A DNA stretch of 64,000 nt from Selaginella moellendorffii (taxonomy: Eukaryota > Plantae > Lycopodiophyta), in assembly GCF_000143415.4 (NCBI RefSeq), contig NW_003314266.1, positions 1,262,463-1,326,462 of the forward strand. The letters are read 5' to 3'. A model generated the notes under the pieces. That model ran no database searches and was not told the DNA's origin. It was given only the letters and a program-made list of their open reading frames with translations. The translations under genes and the position numbers were made by a program. Below, in pieces: positions 62,170 to 64,000 of this stretch; the first letter of the stretch is position 1; every line of letters begins with the position of its first letter.

Positions 62170-62402
62170 AGAAAGATTCAAGTGAGAAAAAACCTAGCCG
62201 CGCTTTCGCTCTCTATTCCTACCAGTCAAACGAAACTCCAAGAAGGAAAATTGCCACGTTTTATTACGAGGAAGAGGAAGACCAAAAGTAAATCTGGAGA
62301 GAACCTAAGGGTCCCGGATTAAAGGCACAGACCTCAAAAAGTTCTTCCCTCTTGTTCTTCTTACACGTAGAGACCATGATGTGTCGATGGAATAATTTAC
62401 TT

Positions 62403-63200
62403 CTAGCCTCGCGATTGCCCAGCTCGGGATGAAAGAATGATCCCCACGATCAATCCGTAGAGAGCCAGCGCCTCGGCGAAGATGAGGATCAAGATCATGC
62501 CCACGAAGAGCTTTGGCTGTTGAGCGTTGGCCCTGTGAAAACGATGGAAAGTGAGAAAGCCAGAGAAGAAAACAGAGTGGAGTTTCCAGCAGGGAAATCT
62601 TGTGAGGACCAAGCTCCCGATCTTCAAATGATTCGAAGATCATTGAGCCCAGTCCAGAGATCGCTCTGGCTTATAGTTTAGTTGAGCTAAAGCTGGAGAT
62701 AGTCAGCAGACACTCGACCGTCTACAAGCGTGAACTAGTCGAAGAAGCAAAACGAAGAAAGAGTTTGGAAACTTTACCTCACTCCAGCGTCTCCAACAAT
62801 TCCAATCGCCATCCCAGCCGAGAGACCAGCAAGCCCGCAAGCCAATCCGGAAGAGAGATGCGCGTAGCCATCGAAGAGGTAGTAGGATTTCGCCTTGGGA
62901 TTGATCCCAGTGCTGATAATCACCGCGATGATAAGGCCGTAGATGCCGAGAACTCCAGCCATCACCACCGGGACGATCGATTTCATCACGAGCTCCGGTC
63001 TCATGACGCCCATGGACGCCACGCCCACGCCGCTCTTGGCAGTGCCATAGGCAGCTCCCATGCCTGTAATCGATTGATCCATCGCATTGCGATTAGATCA
63101 AAGAGGAAAAAGAATCTGGCTTACAAGAGAAGACGAGAGCTGCGGCAGCGCCGATGAATCCAAAGAATGGCGCCGTCTCATCGCCACTGAAGGCGTCCAT
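62403..63200 (-). CDS. VHA-c: V-type H+-ATPase proteolipid subunit c
   Basis: Three exons: [15 protein letters not shown]..., [14 protein letters not shown]...[36 protein letters not shown]. Confidence 0.98.
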
Positions 63201-63320
63201 CCCCGACGACATTATTGCGCGCACGAAACCCTAGCTCGCATAAACCCTAATTTCTCCTCAATATCAAAATCTTTCCAAATTTTCGCGCCCAAATGGCTTA
63301 GCTAGGGTTCTTGTTGGCTC
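63201..63320. promoter_or_regulatory. Compact bidirectional promoter with telo-boxes and a site-II-like motif
   Basis: AAACCCTA at 63226 and 63242, TAGGGTT at 63303, GCCCAA near 63287, all between divergent ATGs 120 bp apart. Confidence 0.6.
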
Positions 63321-64000
63321 ATGGCTTCTTCTTCCACGATCGCCATAGGTTTGCTTCGATTCCGGGCGGCATTTAGTTTCTCATGATCTCGTCCGTGTGT
63401 AGGCAACTGCTCGGTGGAGATTTCCGGCGACATCGATTACGAGAAGAATGGGAGGAGGGTTTCTTTCAGCATTCCTGGATTGGGGACTGTTCGTGTGAGC
63501 GCTGCCGGTAAGTTGCTAAGGCTAATCCTGCAGTTAAAGCGCACGGATTCCGGTTTCTTACAGATTCAACCAGCATTGTTCCTGTCAATCCCAATGCTCT
63601 TGACATTGGTTAGTTCTATAGACTAAATGTTAGTTCTTGTGAGCATCGTGTGTTGATCCATCTTACAGCTCGAACCAGCATTGTTCCTGTCCATCCTCAT
63701 GCACTTGACATTGGTCAGCTCTATAGACTAAATGTTTGTTCTTGTGAGCATCGTGTGTTGTTCTTACAGCTCCAACCAGCATTGTTCCTCTCAATCCCGT
63801 AGCTCTTGATACCACAGGGCAGCAGCTGCTGGGGGTATGCTTCCTTTCGTTTTAGCGCCCTAGTTAACTTGGATCGATCTTCTCAAACGGCAGGACGCTC
63901 TCGACCTTTACACCGGCGAATTTTCTACGTCGTGCCGTGCTTACATTTCTGGATGTGTGAAAGATGGAAAGAACGTCACTCTGGTCCTCGCGGAACACCA
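63321..64000 (+). CDS. 5' part of an unknown multi-exon gene that runs off the window
   Basis: Predicted exons 63321-63348, 63403-63507, 63564-63608, 63669-63713, 63770-63834 and 63894 onward splice in frame with GT-AG introns. Confidence 0.7.

Overview
Eukaryotic plant nuclear DNA. Very short introns (about 35-60 nt), tight gene packing and a single-exon PLS-class PPR gene suggest a lycophyte such as Selaginella; this is inference, not a database match. Gene-dense, GC-rich blocks (about 4.8-21 kb and 45-64 kb) flank an AT-rich island of nested, decayed transposons (about 22-45 kb) containing two 100-N gaps. Genes: a 2OG-Fe(II) dioxygenase, three type-II pectin methylesterases, an intact and a pseudogenised aspartic protease, UDP-glucuronate 4-epimerase (one full copy, one truncated duplicate), a DUO3-like gene, an ICE1/SCRM-subfamily bHLH, a PPR gene, two tandem GT92 galactan synthases, chorismate mutase, V-ATPase subunit c, and the 5' part of an unknown gene. 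Mobile DNA: three copies of a short-LTR Ty3/gypsy family at different stages of decay, three copies of a ~615-bp TRIM, a ~545-bp tandem repeat, and copia/gypsy relics. Best leads: (1) co-location of pectin precursor, side-chain and modification genes with a stomatal-type bHLH; (2) a reconstructable -1 frameshift site plus pseudoknot and a tRNA-Ala-type PBS in the gypsy family; (3) a segmental duplication with filled and empty insertion sites that fuses the GAE promoter to the retroelement; (4) a TRIM with a Pol III B-box; (5) tandem 45-nt symmetric exon duplication. All exon coordinates were read by eye and have no transcript support.
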